NCBI GenBank assembly: GCA_950097015.1
Contig: CATNEN010000013.1
Span: forward strand, 806,001-870,000
Reading direction: 5' to 3'
DNA length: 64,000 bases
From: Macrostomum hystrix
Lineage: Eukaryota; Animalia; Platyhelminthes
In this document: positions 1 to 12,062 of the stretch, in pieces
How positions within the stretch are numbered: position 1 is the first letter of the stretch
Layout of the letters: each line of letters opens with the position of its first letter
Notes under the pieces: model-generated
Told to the model about the DNA's origin: nothing
Database searches by the model: none
Seen by the model: only the letters and a program-made list of their open reading frames with translations
Translations under genes and position numbers: made by a program

Positions 1-333
1 CTCTTCAAAGCTGCATAAGCTGGACCTCTTCAAAGCTTCATAAGCTGGACCTCTTCAAAGCATCATAAACTGGACCTCTTCAAAGCTTCATAAAATGGAC
101 CTCTTCAAAGCTTCATAAGCTGGACCTCTTCAAAGCTTCATAAGCTGGACCTCTTCAAAGCATCATAAGCTGGACCTCTTCAAAGCTTCATAAAATGGAC
201 CTCTTCAAAGCTTCATAAACTGGACCTCTTCAAAGCTTCATAAGCTGGACCTCTTCAAAGCTTCATAAGCTGGACCTCTTCAAAGCATCATAAGCTGGAC
301 CTCTTCAAAGCTTCATAAAATGGACCTCTTCAA
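1..333. repeat. 25-bp minisatellite (CTCTTCAAAGCTTCATAAGCTGGAC)n, intronic
   Basis: Period 25 seen directly; runs off the window start; ends ~25 nt before the acceptor at 357. Confidence 0.95.
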
Positions 334-357
334 ATGAACAAAAATGTCTTCAAACAG

Positions 358-3300
358 TTTTCGCCAACCATGAAACTCGCAGAAGCGACTCCACCGTTAA
401 GCACCTGTGGATTCACCGCGATGAAGATGGCCAGTGCTACGTGTTGCGTCACGAGAAGTTCGCCAGCGTGAGGCACATGATCGAGCGCTACCGGACCTGC
501 CGCAGTCTCGGCATGCCGCTCGCCAGCTGCCCGAAGCCGGCTGACATCGAAGCCTTCCTGCGACTGCCCGAAGAGGACATTGAGCTGGGCTCTGAGTCCA
601 CTGATGGCACGGAGTCGCAGCTGACGGTGAGCTCTTGAGTCTAGCATGTGCTCAGATTCTGTCTTAGGGGAGGGGGTCGTCTCTCATGGCCGCAAACTGC
701 ATGGCCACAACAAACAATCTGCTTGATTTCAGATCAAATCAAGAATTTTCTATGCATCTTTGATGACTACATTTGATTAGCAAACTGACCCTAAATGATA
801 AATATTTTATTAGAACAGACCTACAGCTTGATCTAGATGTCAGATGAAACAGTACTTTAACATATTTCTGTTCAGTTATCCCCTTCCATGTCTGCATGGG
901 TGCTTCTGAAAACGGACCAGAAAGCTATTGCTAGCACACGGCGACCACAAATCTTTTCTTAGAATAGCGACCAGTTTCTTAGAATGTTCCCAAAACCGCT
1001 GACAAGAGAGCATTGGCGTGGGCACCTGCCCCAATCAATCAATTCCCAGTTTCTAACCTCTAGCAGGCTGAACTGGTTGGGGAATACACACGCGGGAACT
1101 TCCGTAACATTCCTGTCTCACGCTGCTTGGGGGTCATATTTTTTTTCTACGCTAGCAACGCTTTGGTATGATATTTTCAAATTACTAAACATCCAATGAC
1201 TGTAAAACAATGGGCGATGCATTCCAGACATTTCACCAGGGTCGCTACGGCTCGGAGGCGATCACAGCTGTTGCTAGGCGACACAATTCTGGGGACATCA
1301 CCGCCTGTCTAAGAAACGAGGCCTTTATTCTTATGTGAGCCATAGAGTTGACCACCATTGCTTTTTAATCAATTTAGTTATTAATTAATTCACGAATCAA
1401 ACGAATCTCATCAGTCCCGTGAGTCCATGTCTCAAATGAGTCCTGGCATCACTCCCATGAGTGCATGACTCAAACGACTCTCATCAGTCCCGTGAGTCCA
1501 TGTCTCAAATGAGTCCTGGCATCACTCCCATGAGTGCATGACTCAAACGACTCTCATCAGTCCCGTGAGTCCATGTCTCAAATGAGTCCTGGCATCACTC
1601 CCATGAGTACATGACTCAAACGACTCTCATCAGTCCCGTGAGTCCATGTCTCAAATGAGACCTGGCATCACTCCCATGAGTACATGACTCAAACGACTCT
1701 CATCAGTCCCGTGAGTCCATGTCTCAAATGAGACCTGGCATCACTCCCATGAGTACATGACTCAAACGACTCTCATCAGTCCCGTGAGTCCATGTCTCAA
1801 ATGAGACCTGGCATCACTCCCATGAGTACATGACTCAAACGACTCTCATCAGTCTCGTGAGTCCATGTCTCAAATGAGACCTGGCATCACTCCCATGAGT
1901 ACATGACTCAAACGACTCTCATCAGTCCCGTGAGTCCATGTCTCAAATGAGACCTGGCATCACTCCCATGAGTACATGACTCAAACGATTCTCATCAGTC
2001 CCGTGAGTCCATGTCTCAAATGAGACCTGGCATCACTCCAGGAGTACATGACTCAAACTAGTAAACCGGAAATTAAATTCAGGCGCCTCGACCACGCCAA
2101 CGTTCTCCGTCTTCTGGGCCTCTATGCTCCATCCCAGAGCCGCTACTCGCTCATTGTTGAGCACATCAACTGCGGCAATCTGCGCCAGTTCCTGCTGCGT
2201 CAGGGCGACCGCCTCCTGCACGAATGGGAGATTCTGGTCAGCCTGGCGCACCAGGCAGCTTCTGGGCTCGCCTACTTGCACAGAAAGGGCATCCTGCACT
2301 GCGACCTGGTGGGTGACAGTTCCTGTTCTATTTAAATTTATTTCGATTTTAAACTTGATTTAAAAAGATATATGTAAGCATTTATGCGTTATAGTTAGAA
2401 GTCGTGTGCATCCATTTTATTCTATTTATAGTAAGTGTATACTAGCAAGTTTTGCCCCCCTTCGGGGAGCAGAAATACTTTTAATTCGTCTAGTACATAC
2501 TTTTTAGCAGCTGAATTTACAGCTTTTTAAAGCTACAATGAACCCCCAGTTGACAATGATCCCCCCGTTGATGATGATCTCCCAGTTGATAATGATCCCA
2601 CAGTTGACAATGATCCCCCAGTTGACAATGATCCCCCAGTTGACAATGATCCCCCAGTTGACAATGATCCCCCAGTTGACAATGATCCCCCAGTTGACAA
2701 TGATCCCCCAGTTGACAATGACTCCCCAGTTGACAATGATCCCCCAGTTGACAATGATCCCCCAGTTGACAAAGATCCTCCAGTTAACAATGATCCCCCA
2801 GTTGATGATGACTCCCTATTGATGATGATCCCCAGTTAACAATGTTCCTCCAGTTGACAATGTTCCCCCAGTTGACAATGATCCCCTAGTTGATGATGAT
2901 CACCCAGTTGACAATGAACCCCCAGTTGACAACGATCCACCAGTTGACAATGATCCCCCAGTTGACAATGATCCCCCAGTTGACAATGATCCCACAGTTG
3001 ACAATGATCCCCAGTTGACAATGATCCCCCAGTTGACGATTATCCCCCAGTTTACCATGATCCCATTTTGATGATGACTCCCCAGTTGACGTTGATTTTT
3101 CAAACGCTGGGTAAGCCAAGATTCAAACTCAGATTTCGCCATGCTTTAAACCCTGGTGGGCTATGATATAAACTCTCGTTTTGCCATGATTTAGACTCTG
3201 GTTGACTATGATTCAAACTCTGGTTGGCTATGATTCCAACTCTGGTTTTGCAATGATTCAAGCTCTGGTTTAGCCATGATTCAAGCTCTGGTTTAGCCAT

Positions 3301-6300
3301 GATTCAAACTCTGGTTTAGCCATGATTCAGACTCTGGTTTAGCCATGATTCAAACTCTGGTTTAGCCATGATTCAGACTCTGGTTTAGCCATGATTCAAA
3401 CGCTGGTTTTAGCCATGATTCAGACTCTTGTTTAGCCATGATTCAGACTCTGGTTTAGCCATGATTCAGACTCTGGTTTAGCCATGATTCAGACTCTGGT
3501 TTAGCCATGATTCAGACTCTGGTTTAGCCATGATTCAGACTCTGGTTTAGCCATGATTCAAACTCTGGTTTAGCCATGATTCAGACTCTGGTTTAGCCAT
3601 GATTCAAACGCTGGTTTTAGCCATGATTCAGACTCTGGTTTAGCCATGATTCAGACTCTGGTTTAGCCATGATTCAGACTCTGGTTTAGCCATGATTCAG
3701 ACTCTGGTTTAGCCATGATTCAGACTCTGGTTTAGCCATGATTCAGACTCTGGTTTAGCCATGATTCAGACTCTGGTTTAGCCATGATTCAGACTCTGGT
3801 TTAGCCATGATTTAAATTCTGGTTAAGCCATGATTCAGACTCTGGTTTAGCCATGATTCAGACTCTGGTTTAGCCTTCGGGGAGCACTACTGGTCAGACA
3901 AAAAATATTGTGCAATGCAGAAGGACAAAACACACCTGAAAGCAAACAAAAACGAAAACCTATTTCGTTCCCCAGTTGATTCCCCAGTTGACAATGATCC
4001 CCCCAGTTGATGATGACTCCCAGTTGAAAATGATCTCCCAGTTGACAATGATCCCCCAGTTCACAATGATCCCCCAGATGATAATGAACCCCCAGTTGAC
4101 AATGATCCCCCAGTTGACAATGATCCCCCAGTTTACCATGATCCCCTATTTGATGATTATTCCCCAGTTGACAATGAACCCCCAGTTGACAATGATCCCC
4201 CAGTTTACCATGATCCCCCAGTTGACGATTATCCCCCAGTTTACCATGATCCCCTATTTGATGATTATGCCCCAGTTGACAATGATCCTCCAGTTGACAA
4301 TGATCCTCCAGTTGACAATAATCCCACAGTTTACCATGATCCCCTATTTGATGATATCTCCCCAGCTAACAATGTTCCCCAGTTGAATTTTTATATTAGC
4401 TGCTTTTGTAGAAAATTGATAAGAACAACATAGCTCAGGTTTACCCATGATTCAAACTCTGGTTTAGCCATGATTCAGACGCTGGTTTAGCCATGATTTA
4501 AACTCTGGTTTTGCCATGATTGAAACTCTGGTTTTGCCATGATTCAAACTCTGGTTTAGCCATGATTCAAACTCTGGTGTAGCCATGATTCAAACTCTGG
4601 TGTAGCCATGATTTAGTCTCTGGTTTAGCCATGATTTAAACTCTGGTTAAGCCATGATTCGGACTGGTTTAGCCATGATTAAAACTCTGGTTTAGCCATG
4701 ATTGAAACTCTAGTTTTGCCATGATTCAGACTCTGGTTTAGCCATGATTCAAACTTTGGTTTAGCCATGGTTCAAACTCTGGTTTAGACATGATTCAAAC
4801 TTTGGTTTAGCCATGATTCAAACTTTGGTTTAGCCATGATTCAGACTCTGGTTTAGCCATGATTCAAACTTTGGTTTAGCCATGATTCAAACTCTGGTTT
4901 AGCCATGGTTCAAACTCTGGTTTAGACATGATTCAGACTCTGGTTTAGCCATGATTCAGACGCTTGTTTAGCCATGATTCAAACTCTGGTTTAGCCATGA
5001 TTCAGACTCTGGTTTAGCCATGATTCAGACGCTTGTTTTGCCATGATTCAGACTCTGGTTTAGCCATGATTCAAACTTTGGTTTAGCCATGGTTCAAACT
5101 CTGGTTTAGACATGATTCAGACTCTGGTTTAGCCATGATTCAGACGCTTGTTTAGCCATGATTCAAACTCTGGTTTAGCCATGATTCAGACGCTGGTTTA
5201 GCCATGATTCAAACTCTGGTTTAGCTATGATTCAAACTCTGGTTTTGCCATGATTAATTCAGACGCTTGTTTAGCTATGATTCAAACTCTGGTTTAGCCA
5301 TGATTCAGACTCTGGTGTAGCCATGATTCAGACTCTGGTTTAGCCATGATTCAGACTCTGGTTTAGCCATGATTCAGACTCTAGTTTAGCCATGATTCAA
5401 ACACTGGTTTAGCCATGATTAAGACGCTTGTTTAGCCATAATTCAAACTCTGGTTTAGCCATGATTGAAACTCTGGTTTAGCCATGATTGAAACTCTGGT
5501 TTAGCCATGATTGAAACTCTGGTTTAGCCATGATTGAAACTCTGGTTTTGCCATGATTCAGACTCTTGTTTAGCCATGATTCAAACTCTGGTTTAGCCGG
5601 TGTGCTATGATTTATGATATTTTATTTTCGAAATGAAAAAAATAAATTAAAATAATCTTCAATCACTACTGGCTGAAAATTTGTCTAAATGATTTGACGC
5701 AGTGCAGAATCGAACCCTAGCCTAGCCTAACCAATTCCTAGTGCCTACACATCGGCTATTCCGACTGTTGGTTAGTGGGTGCAGAAATCAGCCTTATAAA
5801 ATGAATTCTCAAAGTTCTGGCTTTGTACAATGAAGTAAGAAAATAGAGTACACTCAGTCTCGCGGTTGGTTGTGTACATTTATTTCAAATTTGTCTCCAG
5901 AGTGCAGTCTTCTAACTCAGTCAGCGAGGGGGTGTTGCGCAATTTGACGATGCAATTCCAATTCAGCGGCAGTGAGTAAAATTCTCAATAGGCCAAGATG
6001 GTTTGACCTTTGAAAAATCATGTTTTTCGAATATTTAATCCCCTTAGCTATAAAGTTAAGCTTAATAAAAATACGTGTATAATTGTCCCCATATTTGGCA
6101 TCTTTTGGTGAAGAAATGGTGAAAATCGGTTGAGCCGTTCGGGAGAAAATCAATTACAACCAACCAACCAACCAACCAACCAACCAACCATTTCATTTTT
6201 AGTATAGTGGACTAGCTGCCTTCGCTACCCTCTGGGTAGCCTCCCTTGAGTTCTTATCAGTGCCTTATCAAAATTGGCTCTGATGCAATCATTAAAATTG

Positions 6301-9300
6301 GCACTGGAGCCTCACTGTGCACAAGCTGAAAACAAGAATGCATTAGAAAAGCCTATTTAAAACAGTTTTTCGAATATTTAATCCCCTTGGCAATGAAATT
6401 AAGCTTAATAAAAATACGTGTACCGATTCCGGCCCATTTGTGATCTTTTGGCGAAGGAATTTTGAAAATCGGTTGAGCCGTTCGGGAGCTAGTCGATTGC
6501 AAACATACAAACATACAAACATACAAACAAGATTTTCATTTTTAGTATATTAGACTAGCTGCCTTCGCTACCCTCTGGGTAGCCTCACTGGAGTTCTTAT
6601 CAGTTCGTTATCAAAACTGGCTCTGATGCAATCATAAAAATTGGCACTGGAGGCCTCACTGTGCACAAGCTGAAAACAAGAATGCATTAGAAAAGCCTAT
6701 TTAAAACAGTTTTTCGAATATTTAATCCCCTTGGCAATGGAATTAAGCTTAATAAAAATACGTGTACCGATTCGGGACCAATTGTGATCTTTTAGCGAAG
6801 GAATTGCGAAAATCGGTTGAGCCGTTCGGGAGCTAGTCGATTGCAAACATACAAGCAAGCAAGCAAGCAAGCAAGATTTTCATTTTTAGTATATTAGATT
6901 CTTATAGTATTTTTTATGGCAACTGTACGTTCTTTAATTCTATTTATGGCAGATGTACATTCACTAGATCATACTATTTGGGATTCCCTCACTGGGGCTG
7001 CGTACATCGCTTGCACAGTTTGGCTGTCTGCCCCTCTTACCCAACCATGTACATTCTCCACTGTTCTTACTTCGTCTGATTCGTCTTGTAACCCACCTCA
7101 AAATCGATCGTTGCAAATATAAATATTGGAGCTTGGCAGTTAGCGGCCTAAGCCTTTTCGTCCACCACTAAATTGAGACTCTACACTATTTATAGCAGAT
7201 GTACATTCATTAGTTTCTATTTATAGTAAATTTACAATATATTAATTAAATTAATTCAATGGCAGATGTACATTCACTATATACTATTTATAGTAGATGT
7301 ACATTCATTAGATTCATTAGATTAGATTTAATAATTTTACATCCATTATATGTATCCAATCCGCCACCCTCCTCTCCTCTCCGTGAAAGACTTTGGAGAA
7401 CTGCCTGCTAGAACGCACAGACAGATTCACAGTGAAGCTCGGCGGGCTGCTGTTCGCCAGATTCGAATCGGTGGAGCCGCCCACGCAGGTGCAACAGCTG
7501 TGGCGCCGCTGTTGTCGTGTTAACCCACCGTGTCCGGAGGCCTCTAAGACAACGGCGGCGGCGACTGCGGCAGCCGATGTGTGGGCGTTCGGCCTGCTGC
7601 TGTGGTCGGCTTTCACACTGGGCGGCGGCGGAGGCGGCGTCGGCAGGCAAAGACGTCGCGATCTGCTGGCCAGCGAGGGACTCAGCCTGGGCTGTGGCCT
7701 GCTACCCAGGGAGCTGGCCGGGTCACTGGAGCACCTGGTCCGCTCCTGCCTTTATGAGGTGAGTTGGCCACACTTGGCTGAGCTTCACGTCTTCTGCTTC
7801 TCGCGGCATCCAAGCAATTAAATTAACTGTAAATAGGTACAGCACTGGATTTCGGCACCAAGTCAGGGCAGATGTACACACTTGTGTGGGTGTATCCATG
7901 CGCGTGTGTACTGCTATCTTCTAAATGATGCGCCACCCCACAGCCAAAGTGGGAATCTAGAGTTTAGAACGTCGGACACATGAATTGAAGGTCGGGCGTT
8001 CGATTCCCGACTCCACTGGAGCTACGAGCGTTTGTGTCTCTTTGAAAGAAATTAACTCAGCATTGCCGTTGCTTCAGTTCGCCCTGGTGTTAACAATACG
8101 AAGACCTCGCTAGTCCCCCCCATGAATGATCCTTCCATAAAGGAAGGATTCATTAAGGGCAGCATCTTCTAAACTGTTTAATGCGGAAGATTTTGAAACT
8201 TGTACACAAAATTTGCCGCTTCCAGTTGCCCCAGCTGCGCATTTCGGCCGGCGAACTGGCAAAACAGCTGCGCGGCCTCATGGACCTGCGCAGCCGGCTC
8301 TGCGGCGACAGATACGGTGAGCTGGGGCTGTCTATGGCTTTCACTGTGGAAATTGTCTTTGCTTACTACTGCCGGCTAGTCAGTAGGATAGTGCGGATCA
8401 AAAACACTGAAGACAAATTGTGTCTCATTAGTCCTAAAGTCCGTGAGTCTCTTGAGTCCTTAAGTCTCTTGAGTCTCATGAGTCCTTAAGTCTCTTGTGT
8501 CCCATGAGTCCTTAAGTCTTTTGAGTCTCTTGTGTCTCATGAGTCCGTGAGTTTCTGAGTCCCTTGAGTCCGTTAGTCTCTTGTTGCTCGTTTTTGTACT
8601 TGAGTCTTGTCGGTCTCTCGTGGAAAACAAGGCTCATATTTTAACTCAAAACTTGTAGGCCCAGCGACAACCTACAGCAGTCTTGGCGCCGCCTTCAGCA
8701 GCTACGGCGCGCCCTCGCCCAGTCCGTCGTCGAACCAGATGCCGACCTCGTCCTCGGTGGACAGCATCGCCGTCAGCAGCAGCCATAACGCTTCAGTGGT
8801 CGCGTCGTCAACTGCAGCAGTGACAGCGTCACTAAAGCCGGTCAAAGACAAAAAGCGGCGCATGTTCTTTCGGTCAAAGAAGTGGAAATCTACGAACTTG
8901 CCGCGCTCCCAGACGGTGGACGCCACCGTCGGGTTTCAACCCGAGGCTGCCACGACGCCTGGGACATCAGCAACGGTGAGGCCTTCGACAACGGAGGCGA
9001 GTTCAAAGAGGCGCGGCCTGCGGCGCCTGTTCTGGCGCGGCAGTTCGCGTGGTGACAGCGGTACCCTATCGCCGTCGTCACCGATGCCGCAGACGCCGCA
9101 GACACCGACTGCTGGCAACTCACTGATGACAGCTGCGATGACAACCTCTGCGATGACAGCGTCGTCGTCTACTGCTGCTGCTGTTTCTGCTGGTGGACCT
9201 AATGGGGGAGATTTTGGGCTTTCGATGCTGAGATCGCAGAGCGACCACGAGATTGTTGGCGGCCAGTTTCTGAGCGGCCTGGCATCTCCGGGGTCCAGGA

Positions 9301-10495
9301 ACGGTCACACTGCAAGACTGGGTCAGGTGAGATCAATCTGATATTTAATAAGAAATATTCTAATGATAAAAAGGAGATCGAGTCAGACTTCTTTAGTCAT
9401 TCAGTCGAATATTTTAGTCGTTGAGTCCTTGAGTTCTTAAGTAATTGAGTCCTTGAATCATTGAGTCATTAAGCATTGAGTCCTTGAGTCCTTGAGTCCT
9501 CCAGCCCTTGAGTCCTTGAGCCCTTGAGTAATTGAGTCATTGAGTCATTAAGCATTGAGTCCTTGAGTCCTTGAGTCCTCCAGCCCTTGAGTCCTTGAGC
9601 CCTTGAGTAATTGAGTCATTGAGTCATTAAGCATTGAGTCCTTGAGTCCTTGAGTCCTCCAGCCCTTGAGTCCTTGAGCCCTTGAGTAATTGAGTCATTG
9701 AGTCATTGAGTCATTGAGTAATTGAGTCATCGAGTCCTTGAGTGCTTAGCAATCGTCCATCGCAACGTCCAGGTTCTCGAGTACATCCCAGGCGCCGATT
9801 CAATGACCTCCATGACATCTCAGCTAACCATGGGCAGTGGCGGCTTTAGCATCGGCTTCGACGACATCAACAACGGTGACTTAGGTGACGTAGGCAGCGG
9901 CGGGAATCGCTACGAGCGGCTGCTGGCTCAAATGCGGCAGCTGCGCGCCCGACACCAGGCTGAGCGGCAGTCAGGGCAGCAGCTGCGCCTCCGCCTCGAG
10001 GCCTGCGAGCTCCGCCTCGCCGACGCCGAAGCTGAGGCGCGCCGCTGGCGCCAGGAGGCCGCGCTGAATCGGCGCCAGGCAGCCGAGGCGGTCGAACAGC
10101 TGGAGGCCACCCGGGCCAACTATAAGCAGCTGCTCCAGGCGCACCCGCCGCCGCCGCTGCCTCCACCGCCGCCATCTCAAAACGTGCCTATGCCTCATCA
10201 GCAGCTGCTGCTGCCTGCGGAGCCGATTGGCTCTCACGACAGCGGCATCGGGCTGGGCCAATCAGAAAGCGGCTACGGACTGGCCAGGTGGGGCAGCGGG
10301 TCAGCGACCGCCGTCAAGTTGGCGGCCGTGACGAACGGCGCAGCCGGAGCCGCTGTCGACAGTCAGCGGCCGCCGAGGCCCCTACGATTTGCGGTTCCTC
10401 CGCCGCCATCACCGCAGCAGCCGCTGAATCAGCAGCAGCAGCAGCAGCAGCAGAATTCATTTATTCATCAGAGACTGCATTTCTATCAGCACCGT

Positions 10496-10535
<40 letters not shown>

Positions 10536-10558
10536 TGAGGCCACATTCAGAAGCCTGA
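358..10558 (+). CDS. SH2-domain + tyrosine-kinase-fold (pseudokinase) protein, 5' end outside window; Ser/Thr-rich, coiled-coil and polyQ C-terminal tail
   Basis: Phase-compatible AG/GT exons: 358-626, 1228-1334, 2083-2308, 7390-7758, 8226-8316, 8659-9326, 9773-10558 (TGA). Translation shows SH2 C-half (VKHLWIH..GQCYV..FASVRHMIERY), then EDIELG, NEAFILMRLDHANVLRLLG, GLAYLHRKGILHCDL-TLENCLL, VKLGGLL, CPEA, DVWAFG, SCLYE-LPQLR. Family assignment (Fer/Fes/Abl-type SH2-kinase layout) is from motif memory, not a search. Confidence 0.85.
1398..2058. repeat. 73-bp tandem repeat, ~9 copies, intronic
   Basis: TCATCAGTCC recurs at 1408, 1481 and onward. Confidence 0.95.
2534..3090. repeat. 18-bp minisatellite (CCCCCAGTTGACAATGAT)n, array A1
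   Basis: Direct periodicity. Confidence 0.95.
3100..3875. repeat. 23-bp minisatellite (GCCATGATTCAGACTCTGGTTTA)n, array B1
   Basis: GCCATG at 3481, 3504 and onward. Confidence 0.95.
3970..4387. repeat. 18-bp minisatellite, array A2 (same family as 2534-3090)
   Basis: Same unit, more diverged. Confidence 0.9.
4435..5600. repeat. 23-bp minisatellite, array B2 (same family as 3100-3875)
   Basis: Same unit. Confidence 0.95.
6020..6898 (-). mobile_element. Head-to-tail array of three non-autonomous Helitrons (~343 bp each; leftmost has a divergent 3' part)
   Basis: On the minus strand, copies 6898-6555 and 6554-6212 begin TC and end CTAG, with hairpin GCTACCC-TCT-GGGTAGC 8 nt before the CTAG; outer flanks A and T. 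The third copy begins TC at 6211 and is homologous to ~6020. This matches canonical Helitron termini. Confidence 0.8.
7945..8105 (+). mobile_element. Degenerate tRNA-derived SINE (family 2)
   Basis: AAGGTCGGGCGTTCGATTCCCGACT B-box head similar to the 61.1-kb copy, followed by GTGTCTCTTTG..TTAACTCAGCATTGC body reminiscent of V/Meta-type SINE central domains (recalled). Confidence 0.45.
8440..8605. repeat. Degenerate GAGTC(C/T)-based short repeat
   Basis: Recurrent GAGTCTCTT/GAGTCCTT. Confidence 0.7.
9410..9745. repeat. ~9-bp (TTGAGTCC) repeat organised into 79-bp higher-order units
   Basis: AAGC marker at 9471, 9550, 9629. Confidence 0.85.
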
Positions 10559-10989
10559 AAATTCAGTATTTTATCTGCTCTATAGATCTTACCGTTCGAC
10601 ATTACTTTTTCCCGACTTGCAATTTGTACATTTTCACCTCTTCCCACAGGTCTATCTAGTGAGAAAATGAACTGCTATTCATCGTGTTAATTTTTGCTTT
10701 TCGCGTAGTTCCTTAATGTGAAAACTTTGAATGAAACTCACTTTGCCGCTTTAATTTGCTCTAAAATCAAGCTTGTGCTCGAAGTGTTTGCCTAATACAC
10801 TCGTACTACTGCAAGTAGTGCAAATGATTCTACGGAAGCAGAATTCAAAACTAAAGCTTGTCTTCCTAAATCTTAACCGGAAGGTTCGATTGAATCCGCC
10901 TTTCGGATCTAATTGTGTGCGAGAAAGTTTTTCAAACGAGTATAAGAAGTACACGAAGCTACTCAAATTGGAAGTTAATCCAACTGAAG

Positions 10990-12062
10990 ACTACTCAAAC
11001 TGTGGAAACTACTCAAACTGTGGAAACTACTCAAACTGTGGAAACTACTCAAACTGTGGAAACTACTCAAACTGTGGAAACTACATAAACTGTGACAACT
11101 ACTCAAACTGTGGAAACTACATAAACTGTGACAACTACTCAAACTGTGACAACTACTCAAACTGTGACAACTACTCAAACTGTGGAAACTACATAAACTG
11201 TGACAACTACTCAAACTGTGGAATCTACTCAAACTGGAAGTTAAACCAACTGAAGACTCAAACTGTGACAACTACTCAAACTGTGGAAACTACTCAAACT
11301 GTGGAAACTACTCAAACTGTGGAAACTACTCAAACTGTGGAAACTACTCAAACTGTAGAAACTACTCAAACTGTGGAAACTACTGAAACTGTGGAAACTA
11401 CTCAAACTGTGGAAACTACTCAAACTGTGGAAACTACTCAAACTGTGGAAACTACTCAAACTGTGGAAACTACTCAAACTGTGGAAACTACTCAAACTGT
11501 GGAAACTACTCAAACTGTGGAAACTACTCAAACTGTGGAAACTACTCAAACTGTGGAAACTACTCAAACTGTGGAAACTACTCAAACTGTGGAAACTACT
11601 CAAACTGTGGAAACTACTCAAACTGTGGAAACTACTCAAACTGTAGAAACTACTCAAACTGTGGAAACTACTCAAACTGTGGAAACTACTCAAACTGTGG
11701 AAACTACTCAAACTGTGGAAACTACTCAAACTGTAGAAACTACTCAAACTGTGGAAACTACTCAAACTGTGGAAACTACTCAAACTGTGGAAACTACTCA
11801 AACTGTGGAAACTACTCAAACTGTGGAAACTACTCAAACTGTAGAAACTACTCAAACTGTGGAAACTACTCAAACTGTGGAAACTACTCAAACTGTGGAA
11901 ACTACTCAAACTGTGGAAACTACTCAAACTGTGGAAACTACTCAAACTGTGGAAACTACTCAAACTGTAGAAACTACTCAAACTGTGGAAACTACTCAAA
12001 CTGTGGAAACTACTCAAACTGTGGAAACTACTCAAACTGTGGAAACTACTCAAACTGGAAAC
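10990..12062. repeat. 18-bp minisatellite (ACTACTCAAACTGTGGAA)n
   Basis: Highly homogeneous array; gives rise to the spurious 448-aa and 270-aa ORFs. Confidence 0.95.

Noticed and set aside
1050-1103. Extra 54-nt in-frame exon (FLTSSRLNWLGNTHAGTS)
   Set aside because: Splice signals are plausible, but direct 626-1228 splicing already gives near-normal subdomain I spacing; unsupported without RNA data.
358-10558. JAK kinase (SH2 + pseudokinase)
   Set aside because: No second, active kinase domain follows the pseudokinase before the stop.
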